Positions 13,769-27,206 of a stretch of 64,000 nt of DNA are shown here, in pieces; the stretch's first letter is position 1; each line of letters starts with the position of its first letter. The DNA is taken from contig OZ076409.1 in the NCBI GenBank assembly GCA_964187785.1, positions 5,458,001 to 5,522,000 of the forward strand, read 5' to 3'. The notes below the pieces were generated by a model. It ran no database searches and was not told the DNA's origin. It was given only the letters and a program-made list of their open reading frames with translations. The position numbers and the translations under genes are program-made. This stretch comes from Amphiscolops sp. MND2022. Lineage: Eukaryota.

Positions 13769-16700
13769 TAAATCAAGCCGTAGCCGGGAGTTTTCGCGCT
13801 CCCTGGAACTCAGTGAAGCCATTTGAACTAAAACTCTACTTATGAACACAGTGCCTTATGCCATTCCGCTTTTTCAAGGTGCTACCCATAACCAGGTGCA
13901 ATTTTTGTTGTTTAGTTACTATATATTAGCTACTATTGTTACTATTGTTTAGTCCGCAGTGGGTGTATGGCCTAAGAGTACGTCTGCCCAGTTGCTTGTC
14001 TTACCATCGGAAAAAAACCATGAAACAAAAGAATACTGTTATTCTTGTTTAATACCGTTTGCGGTGTCCTTGAGTTGCCATAGCCCAAAAAGAAATTTTA
14101 GTCGCCTTGAACTGTAGTTTTATGTCCTGTGCATTCTATCAGTGGTCTCGTGAGTGAGTGTACCTGACCGCTACTAAAAATGTTTTAAAAGTGCCTGAAA
14201 TGAGAAAAAGTGCGAAAAAACCGAACTGAGTAGAAAAAAGTTTTTAGCTGACTGTTATCGCAAAAGAAATTCTAGATGCAATTGCGTGTTCAAAACAAAT
14301 TTTTACCGGCTGAAAAGCTTTCGAGCTGGTGCTAAAACTTCGTTCATTTTTTTGTAAACATACCAAGGTAGTAGAAAAATTTCTAAGTAAGATCGCGAAA
14401 AAGGACTAAAAAAGTTGCTGAAAAACAAGGAGTCGTCGTTTTCTCCTGATGTGTGGATGACGGCCCTCAGAAGTCAGCGTGGTTCAGTTCCAGGACCAGG
14501 CCCAATGCCGCTTGCCAGGGAAGACAAGCCAGAAGCCCAGGGATTGATGTAACGGCAACTGCCCATACCCGCAATTTCAACATTAATTTTCAAACTGGTA
14601 CCAAATTTTCGTTCAAATCTGACGTGGCAGCCTTAGCATGTTTGAGGTCAAAGACCTGCCAGAAAACAGTCTCAGAAAAGACAAACCGCCGCCCGCGAAG
14701 AGCGAGAACAGCGATATCGGCAGCTAGAACGTATATTCTGACGTTATTTCACGAATTGTGCCCATCTCCAGCAGGATTTCTCTACTTTGGTATCCCGTGA
14801 ATCCAGATGTCTGCTTGAAGATCCCTGCGGTGTCCTCTGGTGACCAGCTCGAGTGCTGGGTATCATTTTGGTCTTTTTCCGCAAAACAGACTCAAACTCG
14901 TATTTTTTGATGTATTTGTTGCAGTTTAGATTGATATGCTCGAGAGCTGTCTAAATATCATCTGTTTTACTGTTCTGTAATGGCGATTTATCAGATTTCC
15001 CAAGAAACTGTGGATCAACTCTAAATCAGTTTTCAGCCCCTTTTTTAAAGGCTAACTAAGCAGTGGTTTTTAGTTCCAGGAAGATGCCTGTTATTGTTAG
15101 CAGTTACAGACTAGGACCAGGCCAGAGAGCGTCCAACAAGACGGTTCCCCCACCTTGGGACTGGCACCCTTGGAGGTAAAATGAGCTAGGGCCGTGGAGA
15201 TCTAGGTCCCGGAGCACATTCACTGTTCTAGTTCCTCCACTTTTAAGTTTCGGTTAAGCGCCACCGCTTGTCGTTACATAGGAACTCATTTTTTGGCGAC
15301 CACAGAGGGATCGTCTTGGTAGGCTTTCCCGAGCGGTTTTTGAAAGATCTGGCCCCTGGTGATCAGCGCCAAGCCCGTTTCGACTCTGACGAAGAAAGAG
15401 AAAGCAGAGTTTTACCTATATTTAGTCGTATTACGTTTTATTGGAAGCGGAAGAGGTGTTGAACTAGGGAAAACCCGAAAAATTCTCGTTTTCAGGTGCG
15501 AAAATGGCATTTTTAGGTGTTTTAGATGGAATTCGCCAAATTTGTGTGATGTGTTGTGTACCCATCAGCGGGTATCGTTTTGCAGGTTTAGAGGACCGTA
15601 CTGCATGGCTACGAGTGTTTAACAGGTTTTTGGAGCTTTTTTCAGCCATTTTATGCCATGCAAGAATGTGACTGGTGGATAGTTGCGGTGGCAGAGGTGT
15701 CAAATCGTGAGTTGCAGACTTTCTACTCCCATTTTTCGTGGAGATGTACTAGAGATATGGTTTCTGGTTGACAGTAAGTGCAAGACTAGACGATGCTAAT
15801 GATCCAAATCGCGTGTCTCTATCTGGTCTAGATGTGGAGAAAAAGCGTGGTGAAGATGCACCCCCTGTGACCGGATGTGTCGCTCAGTTGGCTCATGGTT
15901 GGCGAAAGCTTTGAAAATGCACCTTTTTGACAGGGAATTGTTGGTGCAGGTCGGTGACGTTTTTTTCGCGAATGTAACGACACTCTATGAAGTGTTCTTC
16001 TGCGAAAAAGATAGCACTTTTGAGAAAAAACCTCCTTTTTGGTGTTTTTTGGTGTTTTCTTGGCTTTGAGCACTCGTGCATACTAAAACCGGGAGAACCT
16101 TGCGAAAAGTGTTGTAAACAGCAGCTACAAAGCTCGAGAAAGCCGGCACAAGGCAGTGTTTTGGCCTTTGTTTGTAGAAAAAGTGCTGATGGTCAAAAGA
16201 GTACCCAAAAACACAAGTGTACACGTGTGTAAAAGCTTGAAAAGTTGGTGTACAGTAGTTCCTCGAGCAGAGCTAACCCACACGGCACTAATTGCAACTG
16301 TTGTAATGGATCCAGGCAGCTTGAAGCTGGTATTGTGTGAAAAACTTGCGATTTTAGGCATTTTCAGGCATTAGATAGTGCTTTGTATGAAAGTCTTTAG
16401 AGCAAAGCTTAATTGGCGGTGGAGAGCCTGCGCGCTCTGGTTTCCTGTTTTTGTAGTGACAATACCGCGTGGTGGTGAAAACCGCGTGTGAAAATTCCCA
16501 TTCAGTGCATAGAAAATTGGAAAAGTGGATCGAACTGAATTTGATCGATTTTCCTGTTCGAAGTAAACGAGTTATCCTGTTTGGGCAAGGCACCCAAAAC
16601 ACAGCAGAAGACGCGATTCATATGCCCTGTTTAGACAACGAAAACTTGCAGAACAGAACATGATACTATAAGAAGAATAAAACTATCCCCCGATCAATCC

Positions 16701-17473
16701 AGGAAAGCCACCATAAAACAAAAAGTGGCGCTTAACGCTTTTCTTTGTTTTGGTACTATCCTGGTTCTCTGTTAAACTTTCATTGTTTACCATACTAAGG
16801 CGAGCCTCAACTTCACCTTGATAATGAAATTCGAAAGGTTATTTTAGCACATTATGTGACATACTACCTAGCGAGCAGTCTTCAGCCTGGTGCCAACCAA
16901 GGTTTCTTCAAGTACAATTGAATCTTCTTGAATAGTCATCATTGCTCCACTCTGAGCAACGCTTCTTAGGGTGTAAGCATTGGTCAGGAATTGTAAGCAT
17001 AAATTTTTGGTTTTATGGAAAGAAAGTTATCATCTCCAGCAGTGTGTTTCGACACAGGGCTATGAAATTTACATAAACATCAAAAATTGAGAAGACTCTC
17101 AAATCTGCTAACAGACAACCTTGCCAAACATTCAAGTGCTATTTTTGCACTAAGAATCTATGCCAGGTGCGGAAGAGAGCGCCCAGCTGGCACAAAAGTG
17201 CAGAACAACTCGTCGGTACCCTCTTGTAAACAAGTTGTGTTGTGACTTCCTGGTTTCAAACGATGACACAGCAGCACCCCGGATTTAGCAGCAGAGCAAA
17301 TTTTGGGGATAGCAGGTACTAGTGAGATAAAAAACAACTCGTTTTTTCCCGGAAACTTGTCAATTGAGTTTTTTATTATTTTGTTTGGAATATTCAGGGT
17401 AGCGCTGAGGTTTTGATTCTATGTTTTGTTCGCATAATTGTGGAATTTCGTTGTGTCTTTTAGGTGATGGTAG

Positions 17474-17679
17474 TGTTAGCGTAGACGGCTGAGAGGCAAA
17501 CTAAGAAGGAAAGAAAGAAGAATAGAGATGATGATATATTGCGAACTATATCTCAAATCACACGCGACAGCTAAGGAATTTATTCATTCTATTTCACTCT
17601 AGCATTTATAACAAGTGTTAGTTGTCGCGGGCTGCCGCCTGTGATGGAAACTGGTATTCGATTGGATACAATTACGACA
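17474..17679 (-). repeat. 3' LTR, preceded on the minus strand by PPT agggagag (17680-17687)
   Basis: tgttagcg...attacgaca. Shares gctgagaggcaaa, aaggaaagaaagaagaat, gatgatgatatattgc and cactctagcatttat with 24286-24503. Confidence 0.75.
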
Positions 17680-18068
17680 CTCTCCCTGGTACGCTCCCAA
17701 TGGATTAAAGGAAAGACTGTTGGTCCAGAAGCCAAGAAAATAAACTACAAACTGCTATGTTATTGTGATTGATTTCTTACAAATGTAATGTTTGTTTATG
17801 GCCTTTCTAACTTTAAGTCCAAAGTGGTTTGTGTTAATTAATCCAGAATTGCTATGTAAAATAAACATTTAATTATTTCAAAGTTGAATCTCATGTAATA
17901 ACGCATGTAAAATTATATACTTATATACATTAGCCGAGAAATTGGACACCAAGCCGTACAGGTTGAGGAAACGAGTTCAAATGTTTCCTCTCCTGTCTCG
18001 CTAGACGCGCTGTTCGTCCAAATACTCAGCCAATCACAGCGCGCTGTTCATTCATTCATACATTCTTA

Positions 18069-19272
18069 TGTAGTCCTCTAATTAAAGGACTCAAAGGCCA
18101 TATGCCGTCAAGCAGTTGCTGGTGCACTATTAAATAAAAGCGCGTGGACACTGAGTCCAAAATTGAATGAAAGGTGCTTCCAGCGGTATCTTTTAATAGA
18201 TAAATGTTGTACTCAATGTGGTATTGTCCCTTTTGATGAGAACCATTGAATTATTTGCGCTATTTATGACAGAAGCATATTGTCAACCACACGCATTTAG
18301 ACGTATATTGTTCAACATGCAAATCGTTGCCATTTAAATACAGTTACATGAAGTGTTTCATTGAAGCTACATGTATATTGGAAAGGCCCTGAAGGGTACT
18401 CAGACCTTGTGTTCATCTATGTGGAATTGTCAGCGGTGCTAGTAAGTTTCCCAACCCTTTGATGTGGTCCCTTTGTCGTACCGCCTTCATGGCTATAAAT
18501 AGTAGTTGCTATTTTTAGATGTGATACAGGTTATTTTTAGTAACATGACTGAAAATATTTTGAATGTCATGCAAGGTTAATTATAAATAACCGGGACTCG
18601 TGGTCCTGGGGACATAATTTTGCCTTGGACTATTCATAATCAGTTCGTTCGTAAAACACTCGAATAAAATACTGTTTGCAAGCCTAAAGATAATTAACTC
18701 TTACTTCTCGCAATTGTCGCTTATGCCTTCCACAAGAAGACAGAAAGATAAAGCTAGAAAGTCTAGGGAAATGGACATGATGTCCGACATAGATAATCTA
18801 GACGTAATGTTGGGGAGCGGGAACGAAAACCCTATTGAGAGGGAATTAGCAGACGCAATCGAACAGTCTTCTGTCCAAGAGGACTACGGGGCAAATGAGT
18901 ATCAAGAGAACAATTATAGAACCTTTGTACGAGAAAATGAGCCTTTTAGACAAAATGAAGTTAGACAGTCTTTTGAGACATTCACGACCGAATTTAACCT
19001 CAGATTGTCTCAAGAAATGGATTCCATGGTGTCCATGGTTCATAATCAAATAAACAGAGCGATTAGCACAGCTATATCAGAAAGGGTGATCCCAGAAATT
19101 CAAAACATCGTTAGTTCAATGTCATCTTCAGGGAACAGGGACACTGAGGACAGCATGTCCCCTAGCAGCCAGGAAAATAGGGAAAATCCATCCGGGTTGA
19201 AATCAAAAAGAACAAAAAAGGACTCACGGTCCGTAGGTGATTTAGGAGACACCACGGGACGTGGCTCTTACA
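18069..19272 (+). mobile_element. Inserted solo-LTR-like segment containing a gag-like N-terminal ORF (MPSTRRQK...)
   Basis: Begins TGTAG and ends CTTACA, with tta on both flanks. ORF 18714-19361 is coiled-coil/S-rich until the ACA end, then runs into AT-rich flank. The left boundary is uncertain. Confidence 0.5.
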
Positions 19273-20199
19273 TTAGTAAATCATGCTATCGAGTTCGCAT
19301 TTGTTGTACTGCTTTTTTCAAGTACACCTACACGCTCTGTTTTATTATAACTCTCTGTTAAATTATAATAATGTAATGTTGTTCATTTCAGATTAAATAG
19401 TGTGTAGTAATGTTATTTATTTCAGGTTGCATGACTGTTAAGAATAAAAAGTGTTATAATTAAGGAATGTGAAGGGAAAACACAAAATTAATGTTTCTTC
19501 AGCTTCAGAACTTATTGGTAACAACGTTTTAGTGTTAATGTTTTAGTTTAGCTATAATTCTTTCAACACTTTTTGTTTGCCACTTTCGTGTCACTTAGTC
19601 TACGTTCGCCTTCATCGACTCACATTAACACGTCGACGCCGTATCTCTCAGTCAGTGTACTTCTCTTCGTTCCCTTTCGGGGCGAGTCCAAGCAAGCAAA
19701 GACTTCCCGTCATTCTTCTTTGTTGGGATTTTCTCCTCTTCTGGGTGTTCGCTGTTCCTGAGGACTTGCCATTTCCACTTGTTCCAATTGTACCACTGGT
19801 GGTGCCGACACTTCTTCTGGCCTTTCAATGCTTTCCGCGTCCTTCAATGATCCCATCTCTTCTATCGTGTTGTCACTTCATCTTTTAGTCATTTTTTTCA
19901 GATACGACGTAAAATTCGTCTTCGGACGACTCTTCTACAGCTTCCCACATTCGTGATGGGCTCGTTTTTTCCATGTCGTCCTACTTCGTCTCCTTTCGCT
20001 CCGGTTTTCGCACTTTGGCCACATCGCGATTTGAATACATGATCTCCTTTTTGCTATTCGTTGGCAGAAAGATAATGATGTGGGCTGCTTCTTTTACCAC
20101 TTTCCCGGGGGTTTCGTCTTGAACTGTCCTTCAAGTTTCGATCTTTTGGTCCGCTCTCTGACCGAGTCATATTCCTCAAAATCTCACGTATTGATTTTT

Positions 20200-23075
20200 A
20201 GACTTCAATCAGCCTCTGAAACATTATTGATTTGGTCTACTATATTACTTCTCACCATGTTCGGTTTCCGGCCATACAGTTTTTCAAATGGCATTTTTCT
20301 TTCGCTTTCTGCCCCATTCTTTTTGAATATAATTTTTCCGATGGACCTGATTTGTCTCGTTTTAGAAAAATGTTCTAATTGATCCCTAGTTGCTGATTTG
20401 TGGTTCGGATCAATCGCTCGGTTTAGCCGTTTCCTCGATGGTCACACACCGGACATGTTGCTTGTTTTATCTGAAATTGGCGGAAGAATGCTTTCAAATC
20501 TTTGCTAGTAAACACTGAACCTGGATCTGATTTATTTTTTTTTGGTATACCGTATCGCGATATGTAATGTTTTTTTTTTAAAAAAAGTCAATGACTTTCT
20601 TGGTTGTCGGTTTATGTAGAAAATAGGGCGTCGGGACACGCAGGAAATTTATCTATGGCTAGTAACAGGTATTCTCTTCTGTGTTCCGCATTTTGGCATG
20701 GTCTCAGGAAATCTAAAGATATTTCTTCGTTCGGTTGTGCTGATTTTTGAATTATTCCCAATTTCGATTGTTTTAGTAAAGATTTAACTTATTTACCTGC
20801 TAGATTGCACTGGTCGCAACACGTTGCCGTCGTAATCACCTCTCAGTAAATCTTCGGCCACCAAACAACCGAAATATAACGGAGCATGGTATCCCTACCG
20901 GGGTGTCCATAGCGGTTAGAACTCATAATCGAAGCGCGTAATTTTGACGGAATTACTAATCGTTCGTCCAGGTACAGGTAATTTTGTTTATCAACACTAA
21001 AGGGATTGAACATTTCGCGCCAAGGCGCTGGTAAACGAGAAAAATTTGCCCCTTTTTTGTTTTAAACAATTGAATATCTTTTTGGAGCTTTTTGTCAGCT
21101 TTCAAGTGAGGCGCGCGCGGCAGTCTCTTCACTCTTGACGTGTCCGACGGAGTTGTCTCATTCTCTGAAATAGCTATAATTCTTTTGAGTCCATTTTCTA
21201 AGATCCAATCGTTCCATATTTTTTCCGAATTTATCACTTTTTCTTTAATTTCACCAGGATGTCTCAACATAAAATCTGCAAGCCCTAGCGCACTCCCTTG
21301 TGCGTGTATTATCTCAATTTCGAAAGGTAATAGCTTACGTCCTGTTAGACGACTAGAAAAAATTTTATTGTCCCTGTTAGGTTTCAATACCGATGCGAGT
21401 GCTTTTTGATCGGAAAACACCTGAAAAATTACTCACCAAAATACTTTTGAAGTTTTTCGATTGCCAAAACTACCGCCAAGAGCTACAATTCGTTTTCGCA
21501 GTACTTAGCATCAAACGTTGTTAAAAATCTAGACGCAAATGACACATGTGTCAAGTTTTCGTTATCTTGCTGTTGTTGGAGCGTAGCTCGTAACATTGGT
21601 TTACTTGCATCACAGATCATCCGCAACTTCTTACCTCTTTTAAAATGGGTCAGTTACGTTAATCTTCCACCTTCTTGGTTAACTTCAAAAAATGTCTCTT
21701 TGTGTTATCGAGTCCAAACCCAATCAGCTTCTTCAATCAAAATCAGTCTGAATGGTGCGCAAAAAAATGCTTGATCAAACACAAATTCGTTTCGTTGGGT
21801 AACAGCACCCAAGATTGTGCTGAATTATCTCACGTTATAGGGTCTCAGTCTTTTGGTTGTTTCTTATACTTTGTCGTTTACTGGGGAGATGCCTTCATCT
21901 GACAATACGTACCAGATCTATTCAGGTTTTGTGCACGCTAGTTCACAATTGTCCCCTCTCATTTGCAAATAGGCTTTATCTAACACTCCTTATACCTCCC
22001 GAATGCATAAGTACACTTTTTTCACCTTTTGTAACAAATAAGATGCCGTCCATATACACAAATGTCCAGTCCATATTTACAAGTGATATGTCCAATAATT
22101 TCTGCAATTCGGTCGGCGTCATTGAGAGCTCGTAATGTCCAATTACGAATTGATATGTACCTGTCGGTTTTCAGTCTACAATCAGGAAACTACAATGTTT
22201 TGCGGTGCTCTCATCTAATGGTACATGTCCCTGGGCGTCTTTCATATCAATCAATGAGTATATTTTTTGTCCTTCTTTTCTGTCAATTTATTCAGCAATA
22301 ATGTCCAAGAAGTTTTTTACTTTCGGCATTTGTTAGTTGTCGTTTGCATTTTACCTGTTTATTGCACGTGCGTCTAATGCTTTCACTGACCGATCTTTCT
22401 CGACTGCTAATACTACCGGCTGTATGAAAACATCATTTTTATAGTACTCAATTTCCTAATGTGCTACTGTTCCAGTACATTCTGTTTTTCCTAATCTACT
22501 TGTTCTTGCAGCTGTAAAGGGATTCTGTTGAGTGTCTCGAGTTCCGTCTTTCATTTCACTTTTAATTTAATAATTGTTTACTCTACCGCGTCTTTCAAAC
22601 AAATATGGAAACTCTTCACTGTTCTCACCGCGTCCTGACCTAACCTAGTCTCAGGATCTGCATTTTTGCGGGAAATGATATTTACTGCTTTCACACCTTT
22701 TGTAATTCAGTCTTGCAAGCTAATTGCGGCCAACGATTGATTTCGCGCCTTTAAATCCCGACGAACACTCACGCTTTAGACAAGATTCTTGTCTTCCGCA
22801 CCTGCAAAAAAATTCCCAGCAGAGGTAACGGGCGTCTGATGGAATCCACATCTTTCGTCCTCGATCATCTGTCTGACAACCACCCAAGGTTGTCCGATGA
22901 TTCGTATCATTTCATCGACTGGAAAACAGAAACAGGCAATCCGGTGTCAATGATTGCCTGGAATTTAATACAACACATTAGGTCTCCCATCATGAACGGC
23001 TGTACTCCTGATCCATCAATTTGCAGCACTATTGTATCATCGTCGCGCTCGTCAGAATCGTCCGACACGTAGTTC
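20200..23075 (-). pseudogene. pol: Gypsy pol remnants: protease, RT, RNase H, integrase
   Basis: IIDTGLPV (~22955). FVYMDGIL (~22050, decayed YxDD). CDASK...VSFASRFL...KYCENEL (21490-21620). SDQKAL..VLK (ORF 20956-21420). YLLLAIDKF (~20650). Confidence 0.85.
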
Positions 23076-23089
23076 ACTCTCGACAGCCC

Positions 23090-24260
23090 TCTTCACCTAT
23101 TCTGCATTCTCTGCTTCACCTGCTCCTTACTCTCGGGGAATTCTAGGTTGCAGAATTTTTCGAGATGGCCAATGTTATCACAAAACACGCATTTGTGCTT
23201 TGTAGCCGGGCATTTCTTTATGTGTCAGTTGTGACGTTTCCTACAGCGGATGCACTCTACAGCGGATAAATAACGAAGTATACTTTTTTGGCTCAATGAA
23301 ATTGAATATTACACCTGTGAGGTGTAAAACGGGTTATCCGGGGTGTTCGTGTTAGGTTCTTGCTCACGCTCTAAGCTCTACGGTTAACAATCGTCGAGAT
23401 AACCCAATTGGGGGAATGGGGTTTACGGATTTTTAACGTTTGGATTCTCTTCAAAATCTTACCCAAGTTTCCAAGAGTTTAAGTTCTTGTTTCTCAATTA
23501 GCATGTTTCAAATCGATTTTCTTTGCCTGCTGATGACTGGCTCCAAAACTCTCTTTTGTTGACCTTTTCGACTACTCATACCGCCTCGCTTTTGATTGCC
23601 GCTTTCAAACTTTCTGCCACTCCTATCCCCATATATATTTGTCTCTTCACGCCCTCTTCGTTGGAAATGGCATATCGCAAGGCTTCCTGTGGATCGTTGA
23701 ATGGCTCTACACATAACTTTTTCTGGACTTTCTTGTTGTTCATATTTAAAATGAACACCTCGTGCATCAACGTCTGAGTGATTCCACCAAATTTCCACCT
23801 CTATGCCGTTGAGGGCGTGCCAACATTGAAGTAGAAATTCGTTATTCTGTTATTTTCTAAACATGACTCTATGCCTATCTAACGTCATGTTACGGGCAAT
23901 TTGGAAACAGTTTCCACATGTTTCAATCATGTCTCTAACTCCCAATGTCCAGACTGATAAATCAGGCTGTTTGTCTTTGTACATCTTTCTCGCAGGTTCT
24001 CCCACAAAGAGATAGTCTGTAAACAACTTTCTTCTCCACAACTTCCTCTGTCATATCACCATTTAATGCCTTAATTCTGTAATTGTCAGTATCCGACGTT
24101 ATTGTCAACCCCTGAATTGAGATGAAATGTTTAGCCATAACTGCTACGGCGAACAAATCTAGCCATCTCTCCCATGCCATTGTTGGGGGTCTTGTTGCAT
24201 CTGCTCCGGAAAAGCGTAGTACTGGGAGTAATGAATGATATTCTTTCTGTGAAGACGCAG
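23090..24260 (-). pseudogene. gag: Gypsy gag remnant with CCHC zinc knuckle, interrupted by a dispersed repeat
   Basis: AWERWLDLFAVAVMAKH, LDRHR, VFILNMNNKKVQKKL. CVFCDNIGHLEKFC at ~23150-23192. Confidence 0.8.
23290..23548. repeat. Dispersed repeat inserted in gag, related to 24590-24900
   Basis: Shares ttggctcaatga, tgtgagg and cttgtttctca..agcatgtt.caaatcga.tttctttgcctgctgatg.ctggc.ccaa with 24608-24896. Confidence 0.6.
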
Positions 24261-24271
24261 TTGGAATTGTT

Positions 24272-24285
24272 GGTCACAGCACCCA
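24272..24285 (-). promoter_or_regulatory. Primer binding site, tRNA-His-like
   Basis: The minus strand reads TGGGTGCTGTGACC immediately after the LTR's ACA. The complement of the eukaryotic tRNA-His 3' end is TGGTGCCGTGAC. Confidence 0.6.
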
Positions 24286-24503
24286 TGTTGTATACAGCTG
24301 AGAGGCAAATAAAAAAGGAAATAAGGAAGGAAAGAAAGAAGAATAAAGATGATGATATATTGCAAAATATATCTCAGCACAAAGGCAGCAGCAAATGTAT
24401 TTATCTAAATTAGTTCACTCTAGCATTTATGACATGTGTTAGTGAATACTCGCCTGCTATGGAGTTCACATTTGTTTTACTGCTCTTTGCACGTACTACT
24501 ACA
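24286..24503 (-). repeat. 5' LTR of the minus-strand Gypsy element
   Basis: tgttgtat...tactaca, homologous to 17474-17679 and abutting the PBS. Confidence 0.75.
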
Positions 24504-25585
24504 GTGGTTGAATTTCCACCTAGTTCTAAAGCATGTTTACATAATGTAAATATCATCAATTTCAACAGAGATTTACATTCTAAGTGGGCCATACGGGGCT
24601 TACATTTTGGCTCAATGACCTTGAATACCACACATGTGAGGGGTAAAGGGGGTTAAAATAGGTGGAGGACCTTGAAACTTGGCCGCTGTGTCCGTGTTAG
24701 GTATCTGCATATGTGTGCCAAGTTTCATGTCTCTACTGTTAATAGTTGTTTAGAAAATCCCGACTGGGGGGGTTTCGATTTTGTGATGGTCGACTTTTCT
24801 CTACATTTTCATCTAAGTTTTTAAGCGGTTAAGTCTTGTTTCTCACTCAGCATGTTCCAAATCGAGTTTCTTTGCCTGCTGATGGCTGGCGCCAACACTG
24901 ACCGCTCTGGAAAGTATATAGGAACGCTCATGTTCCTCATGGAACGTTGTTACTTGCGCAAGGGACGTGACCGGACTTGGAGTGTGGAGATTTGTTGCCC
25001 CAAAATCTAAAATGAGGAATTTCATTGACATATGAAAATTCCTTCCAAGGGTTTTTTTTGGGTAGAAAGTAAAACATTTTTGCCGGTCTTTCGATAAAAC
25101 TCTAAACTCTAGAATCCTAAGAACGCTCATGAAAAGTTTCAAAAAGGGATTGAAATATGGAATCCTGAAACCACCCGATCCCACATAAACATGTTAGCAA
25201 ATGTGTTCATCTCTGTATGTTAGACAAAGTGAGCGTGTCCAAAGCATGGCATTGTTTCCTGGTTACTGTTGGCTCATCATAAAACTTGCATCACAATTGA
25301 GTTGACCTGTAACTTTGCATTCGAGAAAACTAGTTTCAATTACTTTCTTACGTATTGAAATGATTTCGAACTAGGAGAAATTTTTCAAATTTATTTTCAA
25401 TCAAATGTTTTGTTGATAAATTGTGTGAATTTTTGACCCGATTGTAACAATACAGAAGCAACAAGGAGTGTCAATTCGACAAGCTCAATTTCGACAAGTG
25501 TCAAGTTAAATTCCCATTCATTAAGTTTATGGCGCTCGAAAATATGAAATTTGAAGCACTTCAGAAGGAAATGGATCCTTTTATT

Positions 25586-25636
25586 TTACCAGCTGACACA
25601 TTTTGTTGGTCCGAGTTCTTCCGTCAACAATGGACC
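25586..25636 (-). CDS. Kelch-repeat gene, putative terminal coding exon (GPLLTEELGPTKCVSW*)
   Basis: Acceptor ctttgtttcag|G. Phase 0 matches the upstream exon, giving ...DEWTE|GPLL.... AATAAA follows the stop. Confidence 0.6.
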   Translation of the reverse strand, partial: GPLLTEELGPTKCVSW

Positions 25637-25945
25637 CTGAAACAAAGGCCTTCTCAGAGAAAGAAAAAACAAAGTTTGAACATTCATGTTTTCTGCATTT
25701 TCTCTGCCTTGTAAGTAATGGAAAGCATCAAACAACAACGAATAGATTTGCAATAAATTTAAATAGGAGACCAAGTGAACTTTTCACAACAAATGTGTTT
25801 TCGCGAAATGTGCAAATTCTACATTAGAATTTTTGAAATGTTTTCTTTATGCACTTTATCTTTTTTAATTTTTCAAAAATTTTTTGAACTTCATGTAAAC
25901 CTAGAAGCAAAACTTGTTGAAGTTTGGTATACTTTTTCAACTTTT

Positions 25946-26027
25946 CGAAGAATATCCATATTGGTTGCATGAAGCATACGACTACCGGTAGTCGTATGCT
26001 CCATGCAACCAATATGGATGTTCTTCG
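25946..26027. repeat. 82-bp spacerless palindrome
   Basis: 41-bp arms with 2 mismatches, centred on tacc|ggta. Confidence 0.95.
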
Positions 26028-26239
26028 TTTAGATAAGCAACCAATATGTCATGCAACCAATATGGATGTTCTTCGTTTAGATAAGCCGTTTAGATAAACC
26101 CGTTTAGATAAGCACATACATGAAGTGAACTCATATCTCACAAACTTGATGATAAGAGATCAAATCGACTTATCATCCTTTTGGACTGTAAACTGGCCAG
26201 TTTTGACCCCGAAAGGATGATAAGTCCATTTGATCTCTT

Positions 26240-27101
26240 CCCAGGTTTTTGATCTTTGCGAATCTGTGCAGATCTGCAGGATTTTTCTGCAGGGTTCTGC
26301 AAAGATCGTTGCACTGAATCTTGAAGATCCATACAGATCTGCAAGATCTTTACAGAAGTGTGCAGATTTTCTTTAAAGATTTTTGCAGAAATATGTTTTT
26401 CTGCAGCTTCTAAGGAACCAATGACTGCATTTTTGGACTTCTTTAACTACTTCATCAACTAATTTAGCTGACCAAGGCTCAATCAGTTGATACTCTCAAT
26501 CAGTCAAAATTCTCGAGAAGAAAAATTTTTCCCCATCACGGTAGTTATGGTGACTGGAGAATGAGCCGTATTGGTTATACACCGTAATTTATCCATTTAA
26601 CTTGAACTTTCCAGATATGGTTGTTGAACTTTGAGAAGCTCGTTTGCCTCATTGACTTCGTTTTGATGGATGAAATTTGACATGTGGCAACTTTCTGGGT
26701 TGGTAGATGTGTTGATAAAGTGTTGTTGTTGTAATATTTCGGGAACATGGTTTATTGGAGTAATTTTAATAATTTCCGGTAACTCGGAATACGTTATAGT
26801 AATTTACTGGTCATTGTTTGGATCTGTGAAGATCTGTTAAGATCTGCAAAACTCTACAGATCTGTACAGATTGCTGCAGAAAAATATTTCATCATTTTGA
26901 CATGAATGAGACTTCTCTCGAGTTTTGAACATTTTTATTATTCGTTTGATATCGCTGTTTGGTTTTTAGTGTGCTTCTGATAAGGTCATTTTTCTTCGAA
27001 TCTGCACATATCTGCAAAGATCTGCAAAAATCCTGCAGATCTGCGCATATCTGCAAAAATCCTGCAGATCTGCACAGATTCGCAAAGATCGAAAACCTGG
27101 G
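26240..27101. mobile_element. MITE-like element with ~47-bp TIRs (CCCAGGTTTT...) and internal agatctgca repeats
   Basis: 26240-26286 is the reverse complement of 27055-27101 with 1 mismatch. No ORF. Confidence 0.75.
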
Positions 27102-27206
27102 TTATCATCAAGTTTGTGAGATATGAGTTCACTTCATGTATGTGCTTATCTAAAATGTGTGTCCATCATTCAAAATTGTTCGGCCTTTTTTTCACTATCA
27201 GACGTC

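Larger units (their letters stand above)
17474..24503 (-). mobile_element. Decayed Ty3/Gypsy LTR retrotransposon (gag-PR-RT-RH-IN) with nested insertions
   Basis: Two related ~210-bp TG..CA LTRs. PBS next to the right LTR and PPT next to the left LTR. Domain motifs occur in Gypsy order on the minus strand. Confidence 0.85.
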
